Assembly: GCF_001194135.2 (NCBI RefSeq)
Contig: NC_068981.1
Location: 155,795,367 to 155,859,366 of the forward strand
DNA from: Octopus bimaculoides
Lineage: Eukaryota
Direction of reading: 5' to 3'
DNA length: 64,000 bases
Notes under the pieces: model-generated
Database searches by the model: none
Told to the model about the DNA's origin: nothing
The model's input: the letters and a program-made list of their open reading frames with translations, nothing else
Made by a program: the position numbers and the translations under genes
Shown: positions 37,543-49,960 of the stretch, piece by piece
Position numbering within the stretch: position 1 is the stretch's first letter
Layout: each line of letters opens with the position of its first letter

Positions 37543-38111
37543 GCTGAAGTTTAAAAGATAGTGCTCATGGGAACTGCCCATATCCTACGTAAAATACTGT
37601 CTATGTGATCTCAANNNNNNNNNNNNNNNNNNNNNNNNNNNNNNNNNNNNNNNNNNNNNNNNNNNNNNNNNNNNNNNNNNNNNNNNNNNNNNNNNNNNNN
37701 NNNNNNNNNNNNNNNNNNNNNNNNNNNNNNNNNNNNNNNNNNNNNNNNNNNNNNNNNNNNNNNNNNNNNNNNNNNNNNNNNNNNNNNNNNNNNNNNNNNN
37801 NNNNNNNNNNNNNNNNNNNNNNNNNNNNNNNNNNNNNNNNNNNNNNNNNNNNNNNNNNNNNNNNNNNNNNNNNNNNNNNNNNNNNNNNNNNNNNNNNNNN
37901 NNNNNNNNNNNNNNNNNNNNNNNNNNNNNNNNNNNNNNNNNNNNNNNNNNNNNNNNNNNNNNNNNNNNNNNNNNNNNNNNNNNNNNNNNNNNNNNNNNNN
38001 NNNNNNNNNNNNNNNNNNNNNNNNNNNNNNNNNNNNNNNNNNNNNNNNNNNNNNNNNNNNNNNNNNNNNNNNNATCCAACTTGTACAAATGCAAAGCAAA
38101 AGTCAAACATA
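37541..38111 (+). mobile_element. 5'-truncated R4/Dong-like 3' end between (TAA)n tracts; the middle is in a gap
   Basis: AEV*KIVLMGTAHILRKILSM* starts directly after (TAA)n; sequence after the gap ends in (TAA)n at 38112-38126. Continuity across the gap is inferred. Confidence 0.75.
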
Positions 38112-38128
38112 AAATAATAATAATAATG

Positions 38129-38188
<60 letters not shown>

Positions 38189-38879
38189 GCAACAACAACA
38201 ACAACAACAGCAACAACAACAACAATAACAACAACAACAATCACAATAGATTCTGCTTTAGGCACAAGAGGGGCAATTTGAGGGGAGGGTCATGTGCTGT
38301 TTATCTTGATAGGAAATCACCACGTCGCGCACGTATGAGGGACACTTCGCTGCTATATCTACCAGTTCTAACAACCATGTAGAGGATTCTTCCTTGTATC
38401 ATTTCAGTCGTTAGTGGAATATTTAAAGGTAACATAACGCAATGTATGTGTTACAGCCGGGAACAAGCAATGGCTTTGTATGTATAGGATTTCGAGGATC
38501 CTATTACATGGCTCTTTAGGGAAATGGCTTCAATCACAATTTCTTATCGGTAAGTGCTTTGTAAGAGTCAAATTTGATGGATGGAAACTGTATGTAAGTC
38601 ATCAGGATTGGTTCTGTTTCCTTTGAGTACTGACCTTAACCCGTTATTCAGTTTGGCAATACCAGATGGCTCTTGGATACCTTTAGCAGGGTCCCGTTCG
38701 TAGAAAGCATTGGAACCAGATCTCCAGTCTCATAACTTCATCTCTTCCTACCCCAAATTACGGAGGTCAAGAAAAAAGGTCACGGACACAACCCTTCCTC
38801 TCTCTCTTCATGAGCTATGACTACAGAATCGGCGGTTAAGGATCTCTATGCCAACGTCTGACGCCGTAAGGTGCAATAT

Positions 38880-39161
38880 TTGTTGCCGTGTAGTGGCTTC
38901 TCTGCCTCAATGACCCTGAGAGGTATGCCAGTGGAGCACAATCTCCTGATAGGGCCTCGCATGATGGACTGGTCAAAGGATAAAAATCAGACTAATACGG
39001 ACCACCTCTTCCTAGAGGTAAAAATGTGTTTGCATAGGGCCAACACCTCTACCTTGAGACAAGTAAAATTACAGAAGCATCGATGATAATCCAAAACCAA
39101 TAAGAAAATGGAACAGTCTTCAGTGACCTATGTTTAATAGGAAGCGAAGAGCTTAAGTAAG
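38880..39161 (+). mobile_element. Short RTE-derived non-autonomous element (5' UTR joined to the extreme 3' end)
   Basis: ttgccgtgtagtggcttctctgcctcaatgaccctgagaggtatgcc...ctcctgatagggcctcgcatg resembles BovB/Rex3-type 5' UTRs; the end W...DLCLIGSEELK* plus aagtaag resembles RTE termini (recognised from memory). Confidence 0.6.
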
Positions 39162-39571
39162 AAAGGCCAAAGTTTGAAGATTTGTAGGTTTTTCTTAGGA
39201 AAGATACAGCAATCATTTCCCATTGGTCTCTGCTGGTTTATTCACCATTTACTCAATAGTCTCCTACTATCCTGAACTTCCTTTGAGACAGGGAGACTGG
39301 ACTGCGTGACAATACAGCATTAACTCATTATAACGAGCTGGATCTAGGGACCACTACTTATATTCCTGTATGTCATAGCTACAGGAGGATCGTCTGCTAT
39401 TTGAGTCCTAACTGGAGCCCTTGACAGTAAGTACTAGAACTGAAGTGAATCTGGAAGTGATGGTGAGTAACGGGTAATTCCATACTCCCTACAACTCCCG
39501 CTCGTCCAAGCTAGTGCCTCTCGATACCAGTTGCAGTTTTATGTTTTACTCATGACAAACTGCCCTTTCAC

Positions 39572-39899
39572 TTGTTGTTGGCACTCCGTCGCTTACGACG
39601 TCGAGGGTTCCAGTTGATCCGGTCAACGGAACAGCCTGCTCGTGAAATTAACGTGCAAGTGGCTGAGCACTCCACAGACACGTGTACCCTTAACGTAGTT
39701 CTCGGGGATATTCAGCGTGACACAGTGTGACAAGGCTGACCCTTTGAATTACAGGCACAACAGAAACAGGAAGTAAGAGTGAGAGAAAGTTGTGGTGAAA
39801 GAGTACAGCAGGGTTCGCCACCATCCCCTGCCGGAGCCTTGTAGAGTGTTTATTGTTTTCGCTCAATAAACACTCACAACGCCCGGTCTTGGAATCGAA
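39572..39899 (-). mobile_element. SINE family C; head lost in the gap
   Basis: Near-identical to 58618-59010. Confidence 0.93.
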
Positions 39900-40355
39900 N
39901 NNNNNNNNNNNNNNNNNNNNNNNNNNNNNNNNNNNNNNNNNNNNNNNNNNNNNNNNNNNNNNNNNNNNNNNNNNNNNNNNNNNNNNNNNNNNNNNNNNNN
40001 NNNNNNNNNNNNNNNNNNNNNNNNNNNNNNNNNNNNNNNNNNNNNNNNNNNNNNNNNNNNNNNNNNNNNNNNNNNNNNNNNNNNNNNNNNNNNNNNNNNN
40101 NNNNNNNNNNNNNNNNNNNNNNNNNNNNNNNNNNNNNNNNNNNNNNNNNNNNNNNNNNNNNNNNNNNNNNNNNNNNNNNNNNNNNNNNNNNNNNNNNNNN
40201 NNNNNNNNNNNNNNNNNNNNNNNNNNNNNNNNNNNNNNNNNNNNNNNNNNNNNNNNNNNNNNNNNNNNNNNNNNNNNNNNNNNNNNNNNNNNNNNNNNNN
40301 NNNNNNNNNNNNNNNNNNNNNNNNNNNNNNNNNNNNNNNNNNNNNNNNNNNNNNN

Positions 40356-40402
<47 letters not shown>

Positions 40403-40684
40403 ATCAGAATCATTTCAAGTTGTTCACCACTGGAAAGAATTATGTTTCCAGGAAATCTTTTTCTTTTTACCAGATTCCTCTTTTCCCATTAAATGTTTTA
40501 GTGTGTATGTGAGTGCGCATGTGGATGTGTGTGAGTGCGTGTGTATGTAAGTGAGTGCGTGTGTATATATGTGTGTATGTGTGTGCATGCATGCATAAAT
40601 GCATACATGCATATATTTATACTGATATATCTATGACAGTTTATACACACACACACATACATACGTATATATACATGTATATAC

Positions 40685-40744
<60 letters not shown>

Positions 40745-40879
40745 ACATATATACTGTTAAAAATAAATGCTTTAAATTCTGCGAATACATACGTATATAA
40801 AAATGTGTGTGTCTATGTATATGTACATGTGTGTATACATTTATCTATACGTACGTATATACATACACACATATACATA

Positions 40880-40923
<44 letters not shown>

Positions 40924-41037
40924 NNNNNNNNNNGGTCGTATTTTTAGTTACCAGTTTCCATTAAACCTTACGGGGAAACGAATTGATCTTGAAAATAAAA
41001 CATAAACACTTTGAAATATTCACAAAAATTAAACACA

Positions 41038-41085
<48 letters not shown>

Positions 41086-41802
41086 TACACACACACACAA
41101 ACACACACAAACACACACATACATACACGCAACTACACACTTACATAGACATGCTTACGTAAGTATGTCAGCATGCATATATGTGCGTGTGTGTGTGTGT
41201 GTGCATCCACACAAACATACGTGCAACCACACATACACACACACAGAGAGGCACACACATACACACACACAGAGGCACACACATACACACATACGTATGC
41301 GAATGAATATGTGTGCATGTATGTAATGTACTTATGTACTTATCTATCAACATATGTTTAATATTATTTTCATTTATAATATTTATTCATGTGTGTGTGT
41401 GTGTATTCTTACAGAGCGCCCTCTCCCCACTACGGAATTTTAACCGCCAGCTAGTGCTGATACAGGATATCAGCGTACATACTCTCCATTTTTGTCTTCA
41501 TATAAACTAACCTTTATAGCAGTTGAGAGAAAATGCATCACTAAGGAGACCTAACACGGTCGAAACATGTCCAGCTGGCTACAAAGGAAAAATTCGCTCA
41601 CTCCAGCTGTACTGTCTTCACTTACAAACATTCAGGTCAATTTGATACGCTTGTATGTCAATTAAATAAGTTTCCATATATCATGTCTTGATATTGTGTT
41701 GATGGTCGTCTGATGTTAAACAGTGAGTTAAACTCACATGCAAATTGGTAGTTCCAGTTCTCTGGAGCTACTAAATTCAGTGTGTGTATAAACGGATGCG
41801 TG

Positions 41803-41851
<49 letters not shown>

Positions 41852-42078
41852 NNNNNNNNNNNNNNNNNNNNNNNNNNNNNNNNNNNNNNNNNNNNNNNNN
41901 NNNNNNNNNNNNNNNNNNNNNNNNNNNNNNNNNNNNNNNNNNNNNNNNNNNNNNNNNNNNNNNNNNNNNNNNNNNNNNNNNNNNNNNNNNNNNNNNNNNN
42001 NNNNNNNNNNNNNNNNNNNNNNNNNNNNNNNNNNNNNNNNNNNNNNNNNNNNNNNNNNNNNNNNNNNNNNNNNNNNNN

Positions 42079-42139
<61 letters not shown>

Positions 42140-42725
42140 AAAAACAATAAAAACTCGACCACAACTTGCATACTGACACCTGAAAAATCTACAATTCAAC
42201 TAGCACATGCTCTCTTACGAATTATACAAACAAAATTCTTCACGTGTGTATTTATATGTGTTTATGTACACACATACAATCCCAAATATTCTGGCTTCAA
42301 CCAATTAAATTTACATAAACACATCAAGAAACACATGAATTCCAGATGCCCTTACGCGCGCATGTAGAGGGGTGGTGACACACTTGTAAAATACATACAC
42401 ACTTGTAAAATACATACACACTAAAGCATATTCCCATTGAAATACACAAATACACTTTCTAAGAACCACACCAAAATCAATCAACCATGATACCATAATA
42501 CATCTTTTACAATAGAACCATCCTTAATTAGTTGCACAGTTAATTTCACTCCCCCAAAACCTCTTTGTGAACAGAATATCACAAGAACTTAAGAAACGAA
42601 CTGTCTTAAATAAATCTTGGGTATTTTATCTTGTTTCATGACTGCGACCATGCTGGGGCACCACCCTGAAGGGTTTTGTCGAACAAATCAACACCAGTAC
42701 TGTTTTAATATAAAATAATCTTACT

Positions 42726-43056
42726 GTGAAGGCGCATGACTTCGTGGTTAGGATATTCGGCTCACGGTCGCAAGGTTATGAGTTCAATTCCCGGCGACAT
42801 GTTGTGTCCTTGAGCAAGACACTTTATTCCCCGTTGCTCCAGTTTACTCAGCTACCAAAAATGAGTGATAGCGGTATTTCAAAGGGCCAGCCTTGTCACA
42901 TTCCGTGTTACGTTGAATCTCCCTGAGGACTACGTTAAGAGTACAAGTGTTTGTGGAGTCCTCAGCCACTTGCACGTTAATTTCATGAACAGGCTGTTCC
43001 GTTGGTCGGATTAACTGGAACCCTCGTCGTCATAACCGACAATAACAGACAGTGCC
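42726..43056 (+). mobile_element. SINE family C'
   Basis: Head gtgaaggcgcatg...gagttcaattccc, middle gtgtccttgagcaagacac, shared C tail. Confidence 0.88.
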
Positions 43057-43180
43057 AGATAACCTTACCTAAGCGTTATCTACAACCACGTTATCTCGTG
43101 CAAATACATAGTCATCCTTGAGCGACGGAGGCCCCTAGTTTCGATAATCTGTCAATGTCTTTACTTATAGGATTCATTTT

Positions 43181-43739
43181 GGATCTTTTTTAAAACGGGG
43201 GCCACATTTTTCATTAACGAAACACTTTGAAACTTGGAACACTGGTAGAATGTGTCATATAAAACATTTTTTTCTCTTAGTCTTCTTTAAAAAAAAGAAA
43301 TCCATAATTTATTCCATGTTAAAGTTGTCGTATTTCTGTAATTTCAACCAATCACTGACGTCCATTCAGCCGATATACATTAAGTGCCGACTACATAAAC
43401 AAACGATTCTGAAACAATTAACCCTACCCTAACCCTGGGTTAGGGTTAAAGCAAATTTAAAATGAAAAAAGCAAATAAAACGAAGGTATGGAGATTAAAT
43501 ACGCTTTACATCGCTTAATCAGCCAAAGGAGTAAATATAAACAACTGAATACTTGTCAGTGATTGGTTGAAATTATCGAAATAAGACAATTTTTTACATG
43601 AAATAAATTCGAATACAAAAATATTTTTCTGTTCTATAACACAAAATAGATAAGTATACGAAGTTTGAAAGTCTTTCCGTACCAAAAACACTACGTAAAA
43701 CATTAATGAAAAATGTGGCCCCCGTTTTAAAATAGATCC
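43181..43739. mobile_element. 559-bp MITE with long inverted arms and perfect 8-bp TSD (Merlin- or MULE-like GG...CC ends)
   Basis: TIR ggatct(t/a)ttttaaaacgggggccacatttttcattaa; TSD ttcatttt at 43173-43180 and 43740-43747; a second left arm at 54415. Confidence 0.92.
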
Positions 43740-43829
43740 TTCATTTTGAGCAGATGAAATGAAATTACCTACATGTCATGCTTGTTTATATCTAGGAACA
43801 CATTGTTTAATATGTGCTTGCAGCTTTAA

Positions 43830-44040
43830 CCCTTTACCTGTCCAAAGCATTTTCATAAATTTGTGTTAAACGCCTGTGTTTGCTTCCAAATTTTTAGTTA
43901 GCCCTTTTTGCATAGGGTTTAGAGTAATATACAGCTTTTCTTCTCTAAGTTACATTAGTAGTTGCAAAACATTGAGAATGACATAGATGCCAGGAAACAT
44001 GTCCTGTGTTTTGCGTGTGATACAGAAGACAGGCAAAGGG
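43830..44040. mobile_element. piggyBac-type MITE (211 bp)
   Basis: TTAA|ccctttacctgtc ... gacaggcaaaggg|TTAA; TIR 12/13 identical. Confidence 0.85.
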
Positions 44041-44415
44041 TTAAGACTGAAGTGTGTATTTCCAGATATTTTACTGGTCTCTCTACCAGATCGAGAGACA
44101 ACATAAAAGTTTCCTCGTTGGATTGGTTTCCATTATATTGAATGTTTTATTTCCATTTTATCTTTTTTTAGCACCAGGTCAAATCGAATCGAACAAACCT
44201 ATGATCAAAGCCATTACACAGGTGTATCATTTTAGAATTATGTTCGACTACACTATCTTGTGTATTTTCTTTTTTCTTAAAGATAGCAGTGAGATTTTCG
44301 ACGCAGATTTTTGTTGCCATGTCAAGTTAATCTCGTAATTACGCAGAGGTTCCCTCTTTGGTTTAAGAACAATGAATGTTGTTATTGTTGTTTAACCACT
44401 GGTTAGACATAATCA

Positions 44416-44678
44416 AAGTGGAGACGCAATGGCCCAGTGGTTAGGGCAGCGGACTCGCGGTCATAGGATCGCGGTTTCGATTCCAAGACCGAGCGTTGTG
44501 AGTGTTTATTGAGCGAAAACACCTGAAGCTCCGGCAGGGGATGGTGGCGAACCCTGCTGTACTCTTTCACCACAACTTTCTCTCACTCTTACTTCCTGTT
44601 GTGCTTGTAATTCAAAGGGTCAGCCTTGTCACACTGTGTCACGCTGAATGTCCCCCGAGAACTACGTTAAGGGTGCAC
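44416..44678 (+). mobile_element. SINE family C; 3' end lost in the gap
   Basis: A and B boxes and body as at 3032. Confidence 0.93.
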
Positions 44679-45197
44679 NNNNNNNNNNNNNNNNNNNNNN
44701 NNNNNNNNNNNNNNNNNNNNNNNNNNNNNNNNNNNNNNNNNNNNNNNNNNNNNNNNNNNNNNNNNNNNNNNNNNNNNNNNNNNNNNNNNNNNNNNNNNNN
44801 NNNNNNNNNNNNNNNNNNNNNNNNNNNNNNNNNNNNNNNNNNNNNNNNNNNNNNNNNNNNNNNNNNNNNNNNNNNNNNNNNNNNNNNNNNNNNNNNNNNN
44901 NNNNNNNNNNNNNNNNNNNNNNNNNNNNNNNNNNNNNNNNNNNNNNNNNNNNNNNNNNNNNNNNNNNNNNNNNNNNNNNNNNNNNNNNNNNNNNNNNNNN
45001 NNNNNNNNNNNNNNNNNNNNNNNNNNNNNNNNNNNNNNNNNNNNNNNNNNNNNNNNNNNNNNNNNNNNNNNNNNNNNNNNNNNNNNNNNNNNNNNNNNNN
45101 NNNNNNNNNNNNNNNNNNNNNNNNNNNNNNNNNNNNNNNNNNNNNNNNNNNNNNNNNNNNNNNNNNNNNNNNNNNNNNNNNNNNNNNNNNNNNNNNN

Positions 45198-45700
45198 GTA
45201 CTGGAGTCGATTTAATCGAATGATCCCCTCCCCTAAAATTTCGGGCCTTGTGCCTAGAATAGAAAAGAATATATCTAGGACTAAGGCGGTTAGCTTGCAG
45301 CATCGTTACCAAGTCGGGGAAAATTCTTAGCAGTATTTCTCCCGACTTTACGTTCTGGGTTCAAATGCCGCCGGGGTTTACCTTGCCTTCCATTTCTTTC
45401 GAAAGTCGATAAAATAAGTATCAGTTGATCACTGGGGTCGGTGTAATCGACTTATCCCTCTCCTGAAATTGCTGGCCTTGTGCTAAAAGCTGAGATCAAT
45501 ATCTCAGGCGACGAACTGGCAGAATCGTTAGCACGTCGGATAAAATGCTAAGCATTTTAGGCTCTGAGTTCAAATTCCTCCGAGATCGAGTTTGCCTTTC
45601 ATCCCTTTCGAGGGTCGATAAAAGAAGTGCTAGTTGAGAACGTGGTTCGATCTAATCGACTTACCCCTCCAACAAACTTTCTGGCTTTATATGAAACCAA
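45198..45700 (+). mobile_element. Three head-to-tail family-A SINE copies
   Basis: 3' fragment to ~45270, then copies at ~45285-45500 and ~45507-45700. Confidence 0.88.
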
Positions 45701-46183
45701 TAAATCATTCCATTTTTCAGATGGTAAGATATAAATAGAGATTTGGCTACTCTTTCTACCAGGTTCAACGACCGCTGAGATTATCTTCGTTGAACATAGA
45801 TGTGGCATCGTAAGAATGTGGGAGGTGTTCGTAAACACACAGCTTTTAAGAGACGAGTTGGAGGTAACGGACAGTATTGACATAAAGAGAGAATGAGAGG
45901 CAAAGAGACAGAAAGAGAGTGAAAGAGAGCAAGTAGTTGGTATTCATAGAAGAGAAAGAAGGGGGTGTTGCTGCGAATATGGAGAAGAAATTACTCTAAA
46001 AGTGTTGAGTGAGCATCTATAAAATGCGATGGGTGTGTGGGTGTCGAAAGGTAAGCAGGAAACCACAGTGTTAAATGAATTGGAGTATATATGTGGGAAC
46101 GTATACACACACATGTCTATATTATATAATCATAATATACATATCGTGCGCATATATTATATAATTTATGCGTATAATACATG

Positions 46184-46241
<58 letters not shown>

Positions 46242-46372
46242 CACACACATATACATATATACACACATACACATACACACACATACACATATAAATATAT
46301 ATATATTTATATATACAAACACTTACATACAAATATAAATATGTGTGTGTGTGTGTGTACACGCACAGATAT

Positions 46373-46428
<56 letters not shown>

Positions 46429-48474
46429 GCGGGAGATAGAGCGGGGTATAGAAAGGAGCGAGATTGTGTGTGTTGATAAGAAATAAAAGGACTCTGTCCC
46501 TCACATTACAGATGCCCGTAATACTTGTCGAACGAGACTAAAAAATTCGAAAAAGAAATTAAAGTTGAAACTAAATTTATGTAACAGCGGATAGAAAGAA
46601 GAGGATAGGGAGAAAGTGAGTGACGCTGACAGAAAGAATGTCAAATAACATGGCTTCTACGTTTTCTACGTCTATCTGACGTTTCTCAGAAACCTTTACT
46701 TCATATCTCTGTCGTTATATTTTTTTTCTTAGATATGGTTTGATTATTCTTTTTTAAAAAAATTGAAAAATAATAACAACGCAAACAATAACCATAAAAT
46801 TAATTCTTCTTATCATCCTGTTTTGAACAGTTCTGTGCGAGTTTCTAGTGCAGCCCACGAGGCAGCTCTGTGTTCCTGAGACGCATGCAGCATTGCCTTT
46901 TGGCTAATGCAGAATAGTGTTTATTTGCTGTATGAATTTGCTTTGTTGTTTTGAGGATTTGTTTTGTTGTTGTTGCTGTTGTATTTTCTTTTTTTTTTCT
47001 TCTGGAGGTGGGCAGATATTTTAATGTTTTGTTTGTTGAGTAGAATGTGGAAAAAGTGATTACGTGTTTTTGTGTCCGTGTAATGATTGTATTGAATACG
47101 TGCTGTGTGAGTTGTGTCATATCATTTATTATAAAGTGGCAACAGTATAGGCTGTACGTTGCAAGAGTTGTTAATGATGTGTCGATCATGTTATATTATC
47201 GCTTGTCGATTATGCAAAAGTTTGTGTTGTTATTTCATTGGATGTTGGTTGTGTGAAGCAGTGCAATTTAATGAGTTGAGTTCCTGAAGAGGAGTGTACT
47301 GCAAGAGAAACGCAACGCAGCGAGAAATGTGGAACTGTGTAATTGAATTGAAAGTATTTTGCGTAGGTTGTAGGCTATGTAAGACTTGCAGGGTCTTTGT
47401 TTGGACAATCTGAGGAACTGTGATTCCTGTTTTTATGTTTCCGTTCATGTTCTTTATCATACATAGTGCTCTACTTATTGTACTGTTTGCCCTTTCATAC
47501 ATCACCACGTCCGGCTTATTTCAGTCTCATGATCCTTGTACATAGAGTGTTTTCGATTTCCTTCTGGGCGATTATTAATTATAGCCATTTAACTGTACTA
47601 GCGAAAGAAAAAAAAAATTGTATTGTGCATATATCAAAATAAATAAGCGACTGAGAACACTGAACTAATGAGCGAAGGACATTTTTGTCATTCTCTCCGT
47701 ATCTCAGAAATATTTATCTGGCGAGTCCATCATTACGAGAGAACTGCTCGGCCAAATATTTGCGAAATTCATTATGAAGGTCCGACAAAGCATATGTTAA
47801 TTTCTGCTTGTATTGTCATTGTTCTGTCACAAATCTTTTGGCGTTAGAGTGACGCTAGCATTAACGTTTCCGGTTCACGTAGTGCAGTGCCTGCTCCATC
47901 CACAAAACCAAAGAAATGCGCCCTCTTAACAAAGGTCACAGGTGGTCTGAGTTACTTGAATATACCCTCAAAATCTTCTTGCTGCTTAGACTGACTTTCA
48001 TATGTCTTGTGGAGATGCATCAGAATGTGACTGTGTGCTTTTCGTTACCTGAATTTTTGGCCATATTTTTACTGTTTTAGTTGTTATATGACGGCTCTTT
48101 TAAATACATACTTTCATTGTTATTCTAGATGTGTGTGAATATGCGTGTGTGTGTGCGTGTGTGTGTTTGACGATATCATCATTGTCTATGTTGTAATTGT
48201 TACTGTGGTTGCTGCATCTATTATCAATGATGTCCACAAAGAAATTAATGTTTCTAGTGTTTCTTAGTATTATCTTTATTTGTCATTCTATAGTTGTTGC
48301 TGCAATTGCTGTTAATGTAAATATTGTTAAATGGACAGGTTATTCGCAATACATAAAATATATATATATTTTTTTTTTACTCTCGCCTATAGAAAGTAGT
48401 TGACCACCACTGCTGTAGGTATCATTTCTACCTTCAACACCATAGCAATGTTGATACCCAAATGAATTTTTGTA

Positions 48475-49960
48475 GTGGCGGCGAGCTGGATACATAGCGG
48501 CATTTCGTCCGTCTTTACGTTCTGTGTTCAAATTCCGCCGAGGTTGACTTTGTCGTTCATTCTTTCGGTGGACGATAAAATAAGTACCAGTTGAACACTG
48601 AGGTCGATGTAATCGACTTACTTCATCCTTCGAACTTGCTGATCTTGTGCCAAAATTTCAAACCAATATTTCTTTGACTTAACGGAAGAGAAATGCAAAA
48701 TTTATCTCTCCCCCTTGATTTAATAAGGATTTCTAATTTAGAAACAAATATAATAGTGTTCCAATTTCGGCGCAAACCCAAACGTATTGATAAAGGGTAC
48801 GGTCAATTCTGGTATTTGAATGGTACTTTATTTTGTCGACCCAAGAAGGCAAACACGATCCCATTTGAACTCAGAATTTGAGGATATATAACTAATTACT
48901 AAAACATATTTTTACCATCGCTCACCCAATTCGAATAATGACTCAGACACGGCTATGTGGTTAAGAAGAGGGTGAGTAAATCAATATTGCGCAAGGTATT
49001 TTTTTTCTCTGACGCTCTACTGGTTCTAGTAAACAACCGTGTCAGACTGATTAATAATAGCTTCTAACAAAGGTATGAGGCCATAGATTAAGCGGAAGGC
49101 CTAGTCGAACAATTCAATCTTCTCCATACAAGTATCATGTGATATAGATCCCGGAAAAATGAAAGCTAGCGATGGTATTGGTGTGATTCGAACTCGGGAC
49201 GTAGAACCTGAAGAAATACCGTGAAACATAGTCTCCGAAGCTCAAACGATTCTGTCAATCCACCGTCATAGCTCAGAAAACTTAATGCTCCATTCTAAGT
49301 TTGACAGAAGGTCAGCAATTTTGAGGTCAGCAATATAATCGATTATATTAAATCTAGTGTTCAACTGGTACTTATTTTATTGCCCCCCACCCTCCCAAAA
49401 AAAAGATGAAAGGAAGAGTCGAGCTCGTTTGAACTCAGAACTTAAAGATGGACACATTGTAGCTAAGCATTTTGTCCGGCGTGCTAACGATTCTGCCAGC
49501 TCACTATCTTAGACAATAATTTTTTTCCAATAGTTAACTTTTTAATGGATTATTGAAAGCATTTAAGAGAAAATGTATTACTTTCAGACGAGAGAGATTT
49601 GGACTTGCGATAGGTGAAGTTCTAGTGTTAAACCATCTTATGGATTAAATGTACTTCACAAGAACAGTTCACAGTTCGTCCCAGGGTCTTCAGCAAAGTT
49701 TTCGTCGACTCAGCTTCATTTACAAGGTTTAAAGATTGGCCTGAGGCTATGCTAAAAGATACACAACAAAGTATCAGGCAGTTGGATCGAAACCAGGACC
49801 ATACAAAACCAATAATCTGGAAGGGGCAGCAGTCAGTTAAATCAATCCTAGTAATTGATAAGTAGTTTGTTCCATCAACCCCAGAAGAGTAAAAGGTAAA
49901 GTCGATCTCGATGGGATTTGAACTCAGAAAGTAAAGAGCCGATACAATTTTGTTCGCACG
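48475..49960. mobile_element. Cluster of family-A SINEs (+ 48475-48668; - ~48758-48885, ~49130-49270, ~49290-49510, ~49810-49960) and a B fragment (~49660-49810)
   Basis: Repeated matches to the A body and B box. Confidence 0.8.

Noticed and set aside
43418-43449. Interstitial telomere fusion
   Set aside because: The order is CCCTAA then TTAGGG, opposite to an end-to-end fusion; only a few units, and it lies inside a MITE.
47280-47340. CUGAAGA...GAAAC...GUG-gaact hammerhead-like layout
   Set aside because: The cleavage triplet is GUG (not UH) and the base of stem II is unpaired.
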